Virus record (IMG/VR): IMGVR_UViG_3300010882_000012
DNA length: 64,000 nt
Reading direction: 5' to 3' (one strand)
DNA from: a virus
Taxonomy: Duplodnaviria; Caudoviricetes
Shown here: in pieces, positions 1-10,205 of the stretch
Numbering within the stretch: the stretch's first letter is position 1
Layout: every line of letters begins with the position of its first letter
Notes under the pieces: model-generated
Databases searched by the model: none
Told to the model about the DNA's origin: nothing
The model's input: only the letters and a program-made list of their open reading frames with translations
Translations under genes and position numbers: made by a program

Positions 1-289
1 TTTCTATTTAAGATGTATTAAATCATCCCAAGCTTTTTGAATTGATTTCTTTATAACCATTATATAATCACCACTATGGTAATTTTTTGTAAGAATTTCT
101 TCAATATCCTCTTTTCTACAAAAGAAATCTGAATTTACAAAAAATAGTACTTGCATAACGATAAGTATCTCGTACTGTTTTCAAATAATCATAACGTCTG
201 TATCTATAATTATCTGCTAATTTTTCTAAAGTTTCCATAAATGGATTAAAATTGGTTAAATCTATTGTTCTTTTCATGCTTCTAACTAT

Positions 290-529
290 TTACATGGAAC
301 CATCATCCATTATATTATGAGATAAAACCGAAACTCCGGAATCAAATCCATAACAAAAAACCTGTCTAAATTTTTCTTCTATCATTCCCATTGCAACAGG
401 AAATTGTTTTTTATTAATTTTAAGTTTTTGACAAAGTTGATTAGCAAGAATTATTAAATCCGTTGCTATTTCTTTATTATCAACTGCTTCTCTAAAAGCT
501 CTGTCTGAATAAAAATATTCTTTTACCAT
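290..529 (-). CDS. hypothetical protein
   Basis: Tiled minus-strand ORF. Confidence 0.7.
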   Translation of the reverse strand: MVKEYFYSDRAFREAVDNKEIATDLIILANQLCQKLKINKKQFPVAMGMIEEKFRQVFCYGFDSGVSVLSHNIMDDGSM

Positions 530-534
530 AATTT

Positions 535-999
535 TTAATTTTTATTAAATAAAACATCCCCCATTTGTTTTGAAAGTAAAATAAGTGATTCATATATTTC
601 AATAGAAATTTCTTCTACACCTACACAACCAGAACAAGTTCCAAGTAACCAAGATTTTTGTACCGAACCTCTCGATGTAGTAAAATTTGCCGGCATTGCA
701 CCATTTTCTTTTAAATATGAAAGAATAGGTTTACCTGGAATAATATAATCTTGTACATCACTATCAAAAGTTTCTTTATCTATCCAAACTAAATTATAAG
801 AACTATTATTATGGTTAATCATAAAAACCTTTCCAACCATTGAACTTAATTTTCTATTTTGTTCAATTTGTTTTTGTTCTTTTGCTTCTCTTTGTTCTTT
901 AAGTGCTTGTTCATGATTTTCACAATATTTTTTTAAAGTAATATTAGGATTATTCTCATAAATATCTGAAAATACTGTAAGATTGTGTACCTGTCTCAT
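535..999 (-). CDS. hypothetical protein (start corrected to MRQVH)
   Basis: Track extension to 1110 runs through the promoter motif; ATG at 999. Confidence 0.75.
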   Translation of the reverse strand: MRQVHNLTVFSDIYENNPNITLKKYCENHEQALKEQREAKEQKQIEQNRKLSSMVGKVFMINHNNSSYNLVWIDKETFDSDVQDYIIPGKPILSYLKENGAMPANFTTSRGSVQKSWLLGTCSGCVGVEEISIEIYESLILLSKQMGDVLFNKN

Positions 1000-1020
1000 A
1001 TTTCTAAATTTTAATAATAC

Positions 1021-1086
1021 AAAAATACATCTTTTTTCTTTACCAAAAGCTTTAAAAAGAAAAAAGTTACTAACAATGTTAGTAAC
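1021..1086 (-). promoter_or_regulatory. Class-1 promoter with perfect palindrome GTTACTAACA-A-TGTTAGTAAC (also terminator)
   Basis: ATTGTTAGTAACTTTTT 1061-1077 and TATTTTT box 1021-1027. Confidence 0.8.
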
Positions 1087-1198
1087 CTTCTCTTGCCAAA
1101 GACCATCCAAATTAAACTATGTAAAAAAGGTAATTATACCATAGATTATTGTAACAGTTAAGCTACTATTAAAAGCTAAATTATACAAAATATTGTAT

Positions 1199-1645
1199 TC
1201 ATAAATTTTTCATTTTTTCAATAAATTCTTTCATTTCTTTTTCAGTAAATGGAAAACTTTGAGTACCAAAATTTACTTTTTCTAAATCCCAACAAGCACA
1301 TTTAACAGGATTTTCATATGTCCATCCACAATCATATCCTCCATGTTCCCAAAAAGCGCAATTCTTTGGTCTTTGTCCCGGTTTACAAACTCTATCTGGA
1401 TCTTCTTGATGTTCATTTCCACAAGTAAAAGCTGATAAAGAATAAATTTTATCTACTTCTTTTTGATTTATAAAACCATCATCTTCTTGTCCTTTTACAT
1501 ATTGAGAAAGACAATCATTATTCTCCGGATATCCTTCTATAAAAGCATATTCAAGATATAATTTTCCGTTTTCATCTTTTCTAAGATAAACAAAATTTTC
1601 TCCAAGACCTTTAAAATTTACAATTTCTTTAAGCAAATTTTCCAT
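1199..1645 (-). CDS. hypothetical Cys-rich protein
   Basis: Tiled ORF. Confidence 0.75.
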   Translation of the reverse strand: MENLLKEIVNFKGLGENFVYLRKDENGKLYLEYAFIEGYPENNDCLSQYVKGQEDDGFINQKEVDKIYSLSAFTCGNEHQEDPDRVCKPGQRPKNCAFWEHGGYDCGWTYENPVKCACWDLEKVNFGTQSFPFTEKEMKEFIEKMKNL

Positions 1646-1666
1646 ATTTTTATAATTTAAGTTGTA

Positions 1667-2410
1667 TTACCATATTTTATAATTTCTTGATTTGTATGGA
1701 TAAAAAATAAGTTTTGCTCTTATTTTTTCATTGGTAGTAACATAAGTATTTCCTTTATAAATAGGTTCTTCTAATATATCAATAGTTAAATCATTTCTTT
1801 TACAACCATAAATTCTTGCCGGCGCATTTTTCATTCCATTTATTGCTTTTTGTAAAGTACAATTTTTTCTATACAATAAATTTCTTATTAATTCAACTCC
1901 AGCATCAATTCCGATAGAATGAATTTCGTCCCAACCGATAACGACTTTAGCTCCTTTGTTTATAAAAGTTTTTGCAAAATGAGATTTATGTTTTAATCCA
2001 CAGCATGGAACAAAATAAATTAAAGAATTTTGTAATGAATTTTCTGGATAATATTTTTCAAAAAATTTATGAGATATTGCTAAAAATTTAGGTTTATTTT
2101 CTTTAGTTCCATAATCTGGTGAAATAAAATCATCTATACATTCTTTATCAATTTTATTTTTATTATGACAAAATAAAACTTCATTTGTTAAAATCCAACT
2201 TTTCTTATTAAAAACTTTTCCATGTGTAATCAAGAAAATAACATCATATCCTTGTAATCCAGTCTTAAAAAATTCAATATCAGCATAAGTAATAATTTTT
2301 ACTTCAAAATTATATTTTATAAAAGCTAATGGTAAAACATTCATACAATTTACTACATCTTTTCTATGTGGTAATCCAGCTTCACAATTTATAATAAGAC
2401 ATTTTTTCAT
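1667..2410 (-). CDS. putative caspase/gingipain/CHAT-fold peptidase-like protein
   Basis: DVIFLITHG (His-Gly), LIYFVPCCG (Cys), GAKVVIGW in expected order. Confidence 0.5.
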   Translation of the reverse strand: MKKCLIINCEAGLPHRKDVVNCMNVLPLAFIKYNFEVKIITYADIEFFKTGLQGYDVIFLITHGKVFNKKSWILTNEVLFCHNKNKIDKECIDDFISPDYGTKENKPKFLAISHKFFEKYYPENSLQNSLIYFVPCCGLKHKSHFAKTFINKGAKVVIGWDEIHSIGIDAGVELIRNLLYRKNCTLQKAINGMKNAPARIYGCKRNDLTIDILEEPIYKGNTYVTTNEKIRAKLIFYPYKSRNYKIW

Positions 2411-2607
2411 TAATAATCAATTAAATCTTTTCTTAAACAACCATATTTTCTCATCCATCCTTCAAGTGCTTTTTTAATATCCGCATTCATTGCTCTTTGA
2501 ACCGGACAACCTATGCACATACCCAATCCTTTACAACCGGTACAATTACCATGACAACCACAACATCCAAACTTTTTATAATCTAGGGGATCTATATTTA
2601 AAATCAT
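2410..2607 (-). CDS. small Cys-rich protein
   Basis: CCGCHGNCTGC...CIGC; overlaps neighbours. Confidence 0.65.
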   Translation of the reverse strand: MILNIDPLDYKKFGCCGCHGNCTGCKGLGMCIGCPVQRAMNADIKKALEGWMRKYGCLRKDLIDY

Positions 2608-3086
2608 TTTATTATTCCAAAGTGTTTTCTAAGTTCGTTTAACTCTTCTGTATATGGCATCTTATTTTTATTTTTTAATATATTTGCATAATTTTTTGCA
2701 CTTAATTTATCTTTAGGTTTGGAAACTTTTTCTCCAATCAATCCTTTTACATCTCTACCAACATGATAACCGTCACAAATTTTACAATAATATGCTACAA
2801 AATTAATACCATGTTTTTCAATCATTTTTAAAGCAGCCTTTTGTGCTTTCTTTAAAGTTTCAAATCTTTTCTTTTCTTTATTACCATGAAAATGATCTTG
2901 AATTTGTTGTTTTGTACATTCTATTGTTTTATTGCCAATATCAAAAGTTTTTACATGAGATTTCTTTTTCTTAACCTTTCTCGGAATTTTATTAAATTCT
3001 TGTTCTTCTAACTTAACTTGTTCTTCAAAAGAAAAATTAAAAATAAAATTAAAAAATTGAAAAATATTATAAAAAAACTTTTTCAT
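2604..3086 (-). CDS. Zn-ribbon (CxxCxGxH) protein
   Basis: AYYCKICDGYHVG; similar to N-terminus of 18894..20159. Confidence 0.7.
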   Translation of the reverse strand: MKKFFYNIFQFFNFIFNFSFEEQVKLEEQEFNKIPRKVKKKKSHVKTFDIGNKTIECTKQQIQDHFHGNKEKKRFETLKKAQKAALKMIEKHGINFVAYYCKICDGYHVGRDVKGLIGEKVSKPKDKLSAKNYANILKNKNKMPYTEELNELRKHFGIIK

Positions 3087-3275
3087 ACTTTAATCATCAT
3101 CTTCCATTGCCATTCCAGAAAAAACAATCATTAACATAATAGACATTTTTTCTTTTTCAGGAATATCTAATTTTTCAACATCATCTGGCCATTGTATATC
3201 TACTGTTTCACCAGTACTAAGTTTTACTTTCCATGTTTTTAGTGGTTTTGTTTCTTCACTCATATTTTTTAATTT

Positions 3276-3539
3276 TTAATAATCATCATCCCAATTACTA
3301 CTACAACATAAATATCCATCTTTATTTGTAGCATAAGTACATTCTAAACAATATCCAGTACTTTCATATACTTTCTTAACTCTTGGTTTTGGATATCCAG
3401 AATAATATTCTAATCCAAATGGACAAATTTTATCTGAAACCCATAATTTTACTTTATCTCCATAAACATCTTGACCTCCTAAAATATCACTATTATGTGG
3501 ATGTAAGATACCTTCATGCCAAACTTTTTTCTCTTTCAT
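3276..3539 (-). CDS. hypothetical protein
   Basis: Tiled ORF. Confidence 0.7.
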   Translation of the reverse strand: MKEKKVWHEGILHPHNSDILGGQDVYGDKVKLWVSDKICPFGLEYYSGYPKPRVKKVYESTGYCLECTYATNKDGYLCCSSNWDDDY

Positions 3540-3796
3540 TATTTTATTAATTCAAAACTCCAAAATCCATAAACTGCTTGCCATTCATAACTATAGTCTC
3601 CACAAGCAATAGCTTTAGGACTTTGAATCTTACTATTATCAAGATTAATAGGTAATTTGAAACGTAATCTATCTTGATCATCTTTAATATAACATTCTCT
3701 CCATTCTTCATTAATTTCATAAACTGTAAATATTACAGGATCTGAAACCATATGGTACACATTAATTTTGTCATTAAGTTCTAATTTTTCTTTCAT
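3539..3796 (-). CDS. hypothetical protein
   Basis: Tiled ORF. Confidence 0.7.
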   Translation of the reverse strand: MKEKLELNDKINVYHMVSDPVIFTVYEINEEWRECYIKDDQDRLRFKLPINLDNSKIQSPKAIACGDYSYEWQAVYGFWSFELIK

Positions 3797-4149
3797 ATTA
3801 ATTCTTTTGTAATTTCTTTAATAATTTTTACATTTTTCAAAATAGGTTCACCATCACTACCAATTCCAATCTCTTCACCATCAATAAGATAAATTTTACT
3901 TTTATCTTTTGGATTTACTTTATACCATTCTTCTGTTACTTGATTAATTAAACTTTCTAAAGTTTGTATTGCACCAATTTTTAATGGATTTGGAATAATT
4001 ATATGCCATTTTCCTTTTAATTGAACACCATAATAACAACTAACTCCTTTTTCTTCTCCAATTAAAACTTCTCCTCGATATATTCTACTTATACCATCTA
4101 TTGGAATTTTACCAATTCTAATATAAAACAAGCCCTGCCGATCTACCAT
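3793..4149 (-). CDS. hypothetical phage protein
   Basis: YIRIG...EKGVSCY...GIGSDGEPIL pattern. Confidence 0.75.
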   Translation of the reverse strand: MVDRQGLFYIRIGKIPIDGISRIYRGEVLIGEEKGVSCYYGVQLKGKWHIIIPNPLKIGAIQTLESLINQVTEEWYKVNPKDKSKIYLIDGEEIGIGSDGEPILKNVKIIKEITKELI

Positions 4150-4360
4150 TTTTACAATTATATTTTACCATTCTTTTAATAAACTCTTCTTGTTCCTTTG
4201 TATTAAGAAATATAGACCAAATTCCACATCCGGATGCGACTAATAATGAAACTCCAAAAAGAATATCAAGTAAAAATATAGGAAAGAATATTTTACTAAT
4301 AAGACAAATTGCAATAATTGATATACTAATAAAAAATAAAATTTTTAATAACTTACGCAT
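4118..4360 (-). CDS. small membrane protein
   Basis: Two hydrophobic segments. Confidence 0.65.
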   Translation of the reverse strand: MRKLLKILFFISISIIAICLISKIFFPIFLLDILFGVSLLVASGCGIWSIFLNTKEQEEFIKRMVKYNCKNGRSAGLVLY

Positions 4361-4361
4361 T

Positions 4362-5414
4362 TTATTCAAATTTAGCATTTTGTAAATTATGATTAAGATA
4401 AATTAAACAATTATTTACTAACCAATAATTATTAAAAATTCGTTGTCTATATTTATCTAATTTAAAATTTTCAATATTAAATCCTATATCATTTGTTAAA
4501 TAAACTTCAATAGAATAATCATGGTTTTCATAATCAGGAACTGCTGGATAAACATCACCATCAAATTCATCTATTTCTTGATGACTACCTATTTGAACTT
4601 GTACTGCTTTAAAATTTTTAAAAATTCCAATATATTTTCCTCCTATTATAACTTTTTTACCTTTTAATATTTTTCTAAGTTTTTCTTTAATAGTATTTAA
4701 ATACTGAGGATTATATTTGTATATTTCAGAAACTAATAATTTGTCTTCTTCTGTTAATTCTATTGGAATTGGTGGCTTTTCAAATTCAAATTGAGGTTGT
4801 TTGCCCCATTTTGTACCAAAAGTTTTTTGACAATATTTATCACAAATTTTAATAACTTTAGCCCAATTTTCAACTCTTTGACTATCTTGATAAATCCAAT
4901 GATTTAATCTATGTTCAACACAAATAAATTCAGGTGATTTATATGTATTAAAAAATTCAATAGAATAATTTTCTAAAACAAATATTAAATCATCAAAATT
5001 AAATTCAGTACTTTCTTTTCCTTGATCCCAAATTGTTTCTTTATCTTCGTTTTTCTTTTTGGTTTTTGTGTTACAAACTAATCCATGAAATAGATGTGTA
5101 TCTAAATAATCAATTTCACCTTTTATTACTTTAATATACCATTCTAATTTCACTGAAATACGTTCTCTTTTTTGAGAATCTACAATAACATTCTTTTCTT
5201 TAAATTGAGACAACATTCCCATATTATAAAGTAAATTATTAATATTATCTTCCGGTTTAGTTAAAATTGTATATTCTTTTCCCGCCCAATTATAGACAAA
5301 TTTACATTCTTGTTTTTGTTTTAAACAATAATTTAAAATCTTTTCAATATAATAAACAACATTACTACAATTTGGTGCAATTTTATTTGCTTGTTTTTCT
5401 GTAATTATTTTCAT
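4362..5414 (-). CDS. hypothetical protein
   Basis: 350-aa ORF. Confidence 0.8.
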   Translation of the reverse strand: MKIITEKQANKIAPNCSNVVYYIEKILNYCLKQKQECKFVYNWAGKEYTILTKPEDNINNLLYNMGMLSQFKEKNVIVDSQKRERISVKLEWYIKVIKGEIDYLDTHLFHGLVCNTKTKKKNEDKETIWDQGKESTEFNFDDLIFVLENYSIEFFNTYKSPEFICVEHRLNHWIYQDSQRVENWAKVIKICDKYCQKTFGTKWGKQPQFEFEKPPIPIELTEEDKLLVSEIYKYNPQYLNTIKEKLRKILKGKKVIIGGKYIGIFKNFKAVQVQIGSHQEIDEFDGDVYPAVPDYENHDYSIEVYLTNDIGFNIENFKLDKYRQRIFNNYWLVNNCLIYLNHNLQNAKFE

Positions 5415-5416
5415 TT

Positions 5417-5737
5417 TTATAAATTTTGCTTCTTAATTCTTTCATATTGTTCAAATTCTCCTACTTTTAATGATCTTGATCCCGGACCTATTATTGTTAA
5501 ATAATTACAATCTTTCCATTCATTTGTTGTCGCCATAAAACCTCTTTTACAACAAATAGTAGGCGTACATCCTTCACAAACAGCAGGATTATGATATTTT
5601 ATAAAAGTTCTTACCATTATTTCACCATCTATCATATCAGCAAATCCCTTTATTCCAACTTCTTCAATTTCATAAGGTTGACTAACTATTTCTTGAAAAG
5701 TTTTACATTTTTGTAATTCTTCAAACTTTGTTTCCAT
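5417..5737 (-). CDS. hypothetical protein
   Basis: Tiled ORF. Confidence 0.7.
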   Translation of the reverse strand: METKFEELQKCKTFQEIVSQPYEIEEVGIKGFADMIDGEIMVRTFIKYHNPAVCEGCTPTICCKRGFMATTNEWKDCNYLTIIGPGSRSLKVGEFEQYERIKKQNL

Positions 5738-6260
5738 TTTCTAAATATTTTTTCCATTTATTTAAAAATTCTACTCTTAGTTTAAACCATTCTGTTTTCC
5801 ACCAAGCACCCAAATCCTTCTTTCCATTTTTACAATTCATACCATTTTGCCACCAATAATTTGTTTTCATTCCAAAATCTAAACATTTTGTACACTCTTC
5901 ACTATACTTTTTTAAATAACTATTAGTAGGACAATAACTACAATCTACAGAATCATCTGTTAAAATTCCATTATGTAAATATACAACTTTTTCACTTTCA
6001 TTTTCCCCATTATCTTGTAAAGATTCTAACAATTTATACTTTTTTATTATAAATTGCTTTATTTCTTTCATACAAGAATGATATAAACTTTTATCTTTTA
6101 AAATTTCTAAACAATATTTAATAAGATAATCACCAATACCTCCTGTATAAAAAGTAGCTTTACCTCTCATATAATCGGGTAATTTTCGAGTATCTTCTTT
6201 TGTTATTTGAATCATTTCAAGAGTCCAGTCGATAAAAGCATTAAGATCTTTATTTTTCAT
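5721..6260 (-). CDS. WxxxRx[ED]FL family paralog
   Basis: C-terminal WFKLRVEFLNKWKKYLE shared with 8657 and 52424. Confidence 0.75.
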   Translation of the reverse strand: MKNKDLNAFIDWTLEMIQITKEDTRKLPDYMRGKATFYTGGIGDYLIKYCLEILKDKSLYHSCMKEIKQFIIKKYKLLESLQDNGENESEKVVYLHNGILTDDSVDCSYCPTNSYLKKYSEECTKCLDFGMKTNYWWQNGMNCKNGKKDLGAWWKTEWFKLRVEFLNKWKKYLENGNKV

Positions 6261-6262
6261 TT

Positions 6263-6715
6263 TTAAAATTTCATAAATTGTTCTGCACCAGGACTAATAT
6301 AAATTACTTCATTATCTTTTGCTGATGTGCCAAGAGGAACTGAATCATGTGGAATATTTGGTAAAAGTATCATAATTTTATAAACTCTTTCTTCATAAAA
6401 TTTAACACTTTCTTTTTTCCATTCTATTATTTCATCATATAATCCTATAAATTTTTTAATTATAGTAATATAAGATATTTCTTCATGTAATTTATCTTTT
6501 TTCTTATATAATTTTCCCAATTCAGTAGTACTTTCATTTTTTAAAGATTGATAAAACTCTAAAAGTTGTTTATATTCTCTTAACATTTTATCATTCCACA
6601 ATAAATTTTCAATAGTTTCTTCGACTGTATATCCATAAAGACCTTCAAAATTTTTAACCTTTAAACGTTCTATAATAAATTTAGGATCTTCTCTTATAGT
6701 TTTAATTTGTAACAT
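6263..6715 (-). CDS. stand-alone seryl-tRNA synthetase N-terminal coiled-coil arm
   Basis: MLQIKTIREDP...LPNIPHDSVPLGTSAKDNEVI; no catalytic domain. Confidence 0.8.
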   Translation of the reverse strand: MLQIKTIREDPKFIIERLKVKNFEGLYGYTVEETIENLLWNDKMLREYKQLLEFYQSLKNESTTELGKLYKKKDKLHEEISYITIIKKFIGLYDEIIEWKKESVKFYEERVYKIMILLPNIPHDSVPLGTSAKDNEVIYISPGAEQFMKF

Positions 6716-6716
6716 T

Positions 6717-7034
6717 TTATAAAATTTCTTCTTTAATAACTTTCAAATATTTTTCCTCTTCTTTTTCTTGATTTTCTTTAGTTTCTTTAAGTTCTACAAA
6801 AATTACATCAAGATTATCTTTTCTATAATATTTTCTACAAACTGTATTATCACAACTTCCACTTTCTGTTCTATTTAAAAAACATTTTTCTGTTGGTTCT
6901 CCCGCTATCCATAATTTTCCACTACAAAAACTATTCCATGGATTTTCAACACATTGAACTCTAACTCCATTGACTTTTATAATTTCATTAAGTTCTAATT
7001 CTCCCACACCTGTTTCAAAAGTAAATCTTTTCAT
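6717..7034 (-). CDS. Cys-rich RxDxxxVxF family paralog
   Basis: CDNTVCRKYYRKDNLDVIF. Confidence 0.7.
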   Translation of the reverse strand: MKRFTFETGVGELELNEIIKVNGVRVQCVENPWNSFCSGKLWIAGEPTEKCFLNRTESGSCDNTVCRKYYRKDNLDVIFVELKETKENQEKEEEKYLKVIKEEIL

Positions 7035-7267
7035 TTTCCTATCTTAAAAAATTTTAAAATATAATACAACCATTTGAATGGCCAATCGAATTCTACATAA
7101 CTTTTTGTAAATTCTAAACGTAAAACATTTTCATGCCTAGATTTTAAACATTCTAAACAATAATCTACTTTTTCAAAATACTCTCCATATTTAAGTGGCG
7201 TTCCTTCTTTATTCATATTGATTAAGTGGTTTATTATTAATTTTAGATTTTGTTTGTTCCCATTCAT
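7031..7267 (-). CDS. hypothetical protein
   Basis: Tiled ORF; start uncertain. Confidence 0.55.
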   Translation of the reverse strand: MNGNKQNLKLIINHLINMNKEGTPLKYGEYFEKVDYCLECLKSRHENVLRLEFTKSYVEFDWPFKWLYYILKFFKIGK

Positions 7268-7532
7268 CTTCCCAACAAATCATATACTGTGCAATATCTC
7301 CACCCAAATCAGCTCTATATTTTGATCTCCATCCAAATTTAATTTTTGGTAGTTTATTAAGTTCTTTTAATGGAATTTTAGCATGTCCCATTGCATGAAA
7401 AAATTCAAGATAAAGTTGCAAATCATCAAATAAAAGTTTATCATTTTCTATATGAAATTTTTTACTTGTTATATTAAAATTTACATTTTCTACTTTCTTT
7501 GTGATTTTTTCAATTACTTTATTCATTATCAT
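7209..7532 (-). CDS. hypothetical protein
   Basis: Tiled ORF. Confidence 0.65.
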   Translation of the reverse strand: MIMNKVIEKITKKVENVNFNITSKKFHIENDKLLFDDLQLYLEFFHAMGHAKIPLKELNKLPKIKFGWRSKYRADLGGDIAQYMICWEDEWEQTKSKINNKPLNQYE

Positions 7533-7553
7533 ATTTAGTTATCCATTTAATAT

Positions 7554-7739
7554 CTAAAAACATAAAATTCCTAATGTAATTGAAAATATCATTCCAATAT
7601 GTAAAACCATTCGTCCTGTTTTTAACATATCAAAATTAAATAAAATTTCTGGAATAACTAACCATGTTAATATTGTATAAATACTAATAAGCCACCATCT
7701 ATTTTTAAGGATAAATTTTTCCATTATTTTTTCTTCCAC
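7554..7739 (-). CDS. small membrane protein
   Basis: Hydrophobic segments. Confidence 0.6.
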   Translation of the reverse strand: MEEKIMEKFILKNRWWLISIYTILTWLVIPEILFNFDMLKTGRMVLHIGMIFSITLGILCF

Positions 7740-8101
7740 CCCATTTCTTTTGTATATTGACTTTCAAATTCTCTTAAATCTTCTTCAGCTTTTTCTACAT
7801 TTTTTGTTAGATGTTCTCTTTTAGAATCTATCCAACTTTTTCTTTTCTTAATAGCATCTCCTTCATTTAAAAACCAAACTTTACCTTGTGTAGTCCAAAT
7901 ATTTTCATTTTTACCCAAACCTATTACCATCCAAGCATCGCTTCCGTTTCTAGGCCAAAATCTTACTGTATCAAAATCTTTTATCAAACTATTTGGATTT
8001 CCTTTTTCACCTATTTGATTTTCTTTAATTGTTAATGTATTCCAATCTAATTCCCAAATTACATCTCCAATTTCTAAATCTTGTGCTACTTTCTTTTTCA
8101 T
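7724..8101 (-). CDS. hypothetical protein
   Basis: Tiled ORF. Confidence 0.75.
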   Translation of the reverse strand: MKKKVAQDLEIGDVIWELDWNTLTIKENQIGEKGNPNSLIKDFDTVRFWPRNGSDAWMVIGLGKNENIWTTQGKVWFLNEGDAIKKRKSWIDSKREHLTKNVEKAEEDLREFESQYTKEMGWKKK

Positions 8102-8105
8102 ATCT

Positions 8106-8330
8106 TTAATATTTTCTATTTGTTCTATAATTTCTTATATCTCCTCCAGCATGTTCACATCTTATTTCACAAGAGCTACAAAATTCATCACTTACAAAAT
8201 TTTGTACATATTTACAATAATACTTCATTTCATCACAAAAAGATTTCTTTGGAATCCAATAAGCATCTATTGCTTCTTGTAATTTTTCATCACAAAATCG
8301 TGAATTTGTTGTTTTTAAATCTTGATTCAT
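8106..8330 (-). CDS. hypothetical protein
   Basis: Tiled ORF. Confidence 0.65.
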   Translation of the reverse strand: MNQDLKTTNSRFCDEKLQEAIDAYWIPKKSFCDEMKYYCKYVQNFVSDEFCSSCEIRCEHAGGDIRNYRTNRKY

Positions 8331-8336
8331 TAGTTT

Positions 8337-8684
8337 TCATCTTTTTTTTATCCATCCTAATGGTTTTCCAAGAATAAACCATCTCCAATCAATAAGATGT
8401 ATAATAAATTTCTTAAATGGAAATATTGGTATTTCATCTGGCAAATATCTATTACTACTTTCTGATAAAAATGCTTCTACCCATTCATAATAACTAAATA
8501 CACGTTTAAATTTAAAAACATATATTAAATAAATTATAGTTGTAAACAACCAAATAATTCCAAATACAATACTGTCAAGTATTCCAAGAAAAAATAACCA
8601 AATTAAGTAAATTAACTTAAAAATAGGATCAATAATAGGTTTCATAATATAATAATTTAATTTTCTAATAATTCTTTTTTCCAA
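8337..8684 (-). CDS. membrane protein
   Basis: Long hydrophobic stretch. Confidence 0.65.
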   Translation of the reverse strand: MEKRIIRKLNYYIMKPIIDPIFKLIYLIWLFFLGILDSIVFGIIWLFTTIIYLIYVFKFKRVFSYYEWVEAFLSESSNRYLPDEIPIFPFKKFIIHLIDWRWFILGKPLGWIKKR

Positions 8685-9028
8685 TTTTCTAAAAATTCAA
8701 TCCGAGGTTTAAACCATTTTTCTAATGAAATCATTTTTAATTTTCCAGTCGTTTTATCTCTAATAGTACCTTCTAACCATCCATAACTATCATTAAGTGG
8801 TTTACCCATTATTTTATAATAATATGTTTTAAATTGTCTATGAATATAGATATTTTCTTCTACTTCATCCTTTAAAATTTCTTCAACATATCTTTTAAAG
8901 AATAAACAAATACTGGGGCCTGAAATTCTAGATTTATTTGCTACGTAATAAGTACCATAATCTTGATCTTGAATTTTTTTAATTTCATCTAATGCAAAAT
9001 CAATCGCTTCAATAAGTTTTTTATTCAT
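8657..9028 (-). CDS. WxxxRx[ED]FL family paralog
   Basis: WFKPRIEFLENWKKELLE. Confidence 0.75.
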   Translation of the reverse strand: MNKKLIEAIDFALDEIKKIQDQDYGTYYVANKSRISGPSICLFFKRYVEEILKDEVEENIYIHRQFKTYYYKIMGKPLNDSYGWLEGTIRDKTTGKLKMISLEKWFKPRIEFLENWKKELLEN

Positions 9029-9040
9029 ATAATTTAATTT

Positions 9041-9235
9041 TTAAAAATATTCAGGATGTGTACTGCCATAAAATTCATATTCAGTAGATGTATATCTTTT
9101 ACTTTTATATTGGCTTCTTATTTTGTTTTCAAGTTCTTGCATTTCTTTTTTCTTTTTCCTTTCTTTTTCTATTAAACAATTATCTTGAACCCCTTCGCTA
9201 ATATTTAAAAAACTTTCAAATTCCCAATCTTTCAT
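9041..9235 (-). CDS. hypothetical protein
   Basis: Tiled ORF. Confidence 0.6.
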   Translation of the reverse strand: MKDWEFESFLNISEGVQDNCLIEKERKKKKEMQELENKIRSQYKSKRYTSTEYEFYGSTHPEYF

Positions 9236-9337
9236 AATCTTTCACTATTTAATGGATGTAAAAATTCTTCAACAGGTCTATTATATGATTCTCTCATATG
9301 ATAGTTTCCATCTCTGTGAAATTCATTACATTTTTCA

Positions 9338-9553
9338 TTACTTATTATTTTTAAATCGTTTAAGTGGGTAATCACAACTTGCCCATGCAAAATCACTTAA
9401 ATTTTTTATTTCTACATCTGAACTTAATCTACAACCATCTGTTATTTTCATACCAGTTCTTCTCGGCGCAAAACGAATATAATCTTGTATAAAGACTTTT
9501 CCGTTTTCAATATCTAATTTCCATTTTACTAAATTATTATATTGTATTGCCAT
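9338..9553 (-). CDS. hypothetical protein
   Basis: Tiled ORF. Confidence 0.65.
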   Translation of the reverse strand: MAIQYNNLVKWKLDIENGKVFIQDYIRFAPRRTGMKITDGCRLSSDVEIKNLSDFAWASCDYPLKRFKNNK

Positions 9554-9557
9554 AATT

Positions 9558-10205
9558 TTACCAAATAAAAATAAACAATAAACAAAAACAAACTACTTCC
9601 ATGAAAAATATCCAAGCTGAATCATTAGTGTCAAGCGCGGTATTTTTATTATAAACTCCTGGAATATTCAAACCAATTGCAATCATTAATGGATAAAAGA
9701 AAATAACACTTAACCATCCATACTTATTCATTATACAAATATAAACAGTACTTAAAATTATTGCCATTATACTGCAAACAAAATGAATAAACTTTGCTGA
9801 TCCATTTTTAGGATTAAAAGCTTTTAACATACTTTTTATCTTTTGCCAAAATGGTAACAATATTACTTCTTCTATATCTTCAACTTCATTACAACCTTCA
9901 CATTTACAACCTCCTTTATATCTACAACTGACTCCTGTAAATAATAATCCAAACATTACTAATAATGGAATCCAACATAAATATCCTGGCGCTAACATAA
10001 ACCAATAAATTCCTAATGGAACTGCAACCATTGTACACCAAGCTGAAAAAAGCCAATCTATTTTCTCTGGTAATAAATAAAAAGTTTCACTTAAACTCAC
10101 AGGAACACCATACTTAAACACAATAAAAATTATGTAAGCAATACAACAAATAAATGAAATAATCGGTAGTGCTATCATATCTCTTAACTTATTAAAGTTT
10201 GCCAA
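9558..10205 (-). CDS. multi-pass membrane protein
   Basis: About 6 TM segments; GVPVSLSETFY motif. Confidence 0.8.
   Translation of the reverse strand: MANFNKLRDMIALPIISFICCIAYIIFIVFKYGVPVSLSETFYLLPEKIDWLFSAWCTMVAVPLGIYWFMLAPGYLCWIPLLVMFGLLFTGVSCRYKGGCKCEGCNEVEDIEEVILLPFWQKIKSMLKAFNPKNGSAKFIHFVCSIMAIILSTVYICIMNKYGWLSVIFFYPLMIAIGLNIPGVYNKNTALDTNDSAWIFFMEVVCFCLLFIFIW

Noticed and set aside
1000-1110. N-terminal IVSNFF peptide shared by several ORFs as a protein motif
   Set aside because: It is the translated promoter 17-mer; true starts are downstream
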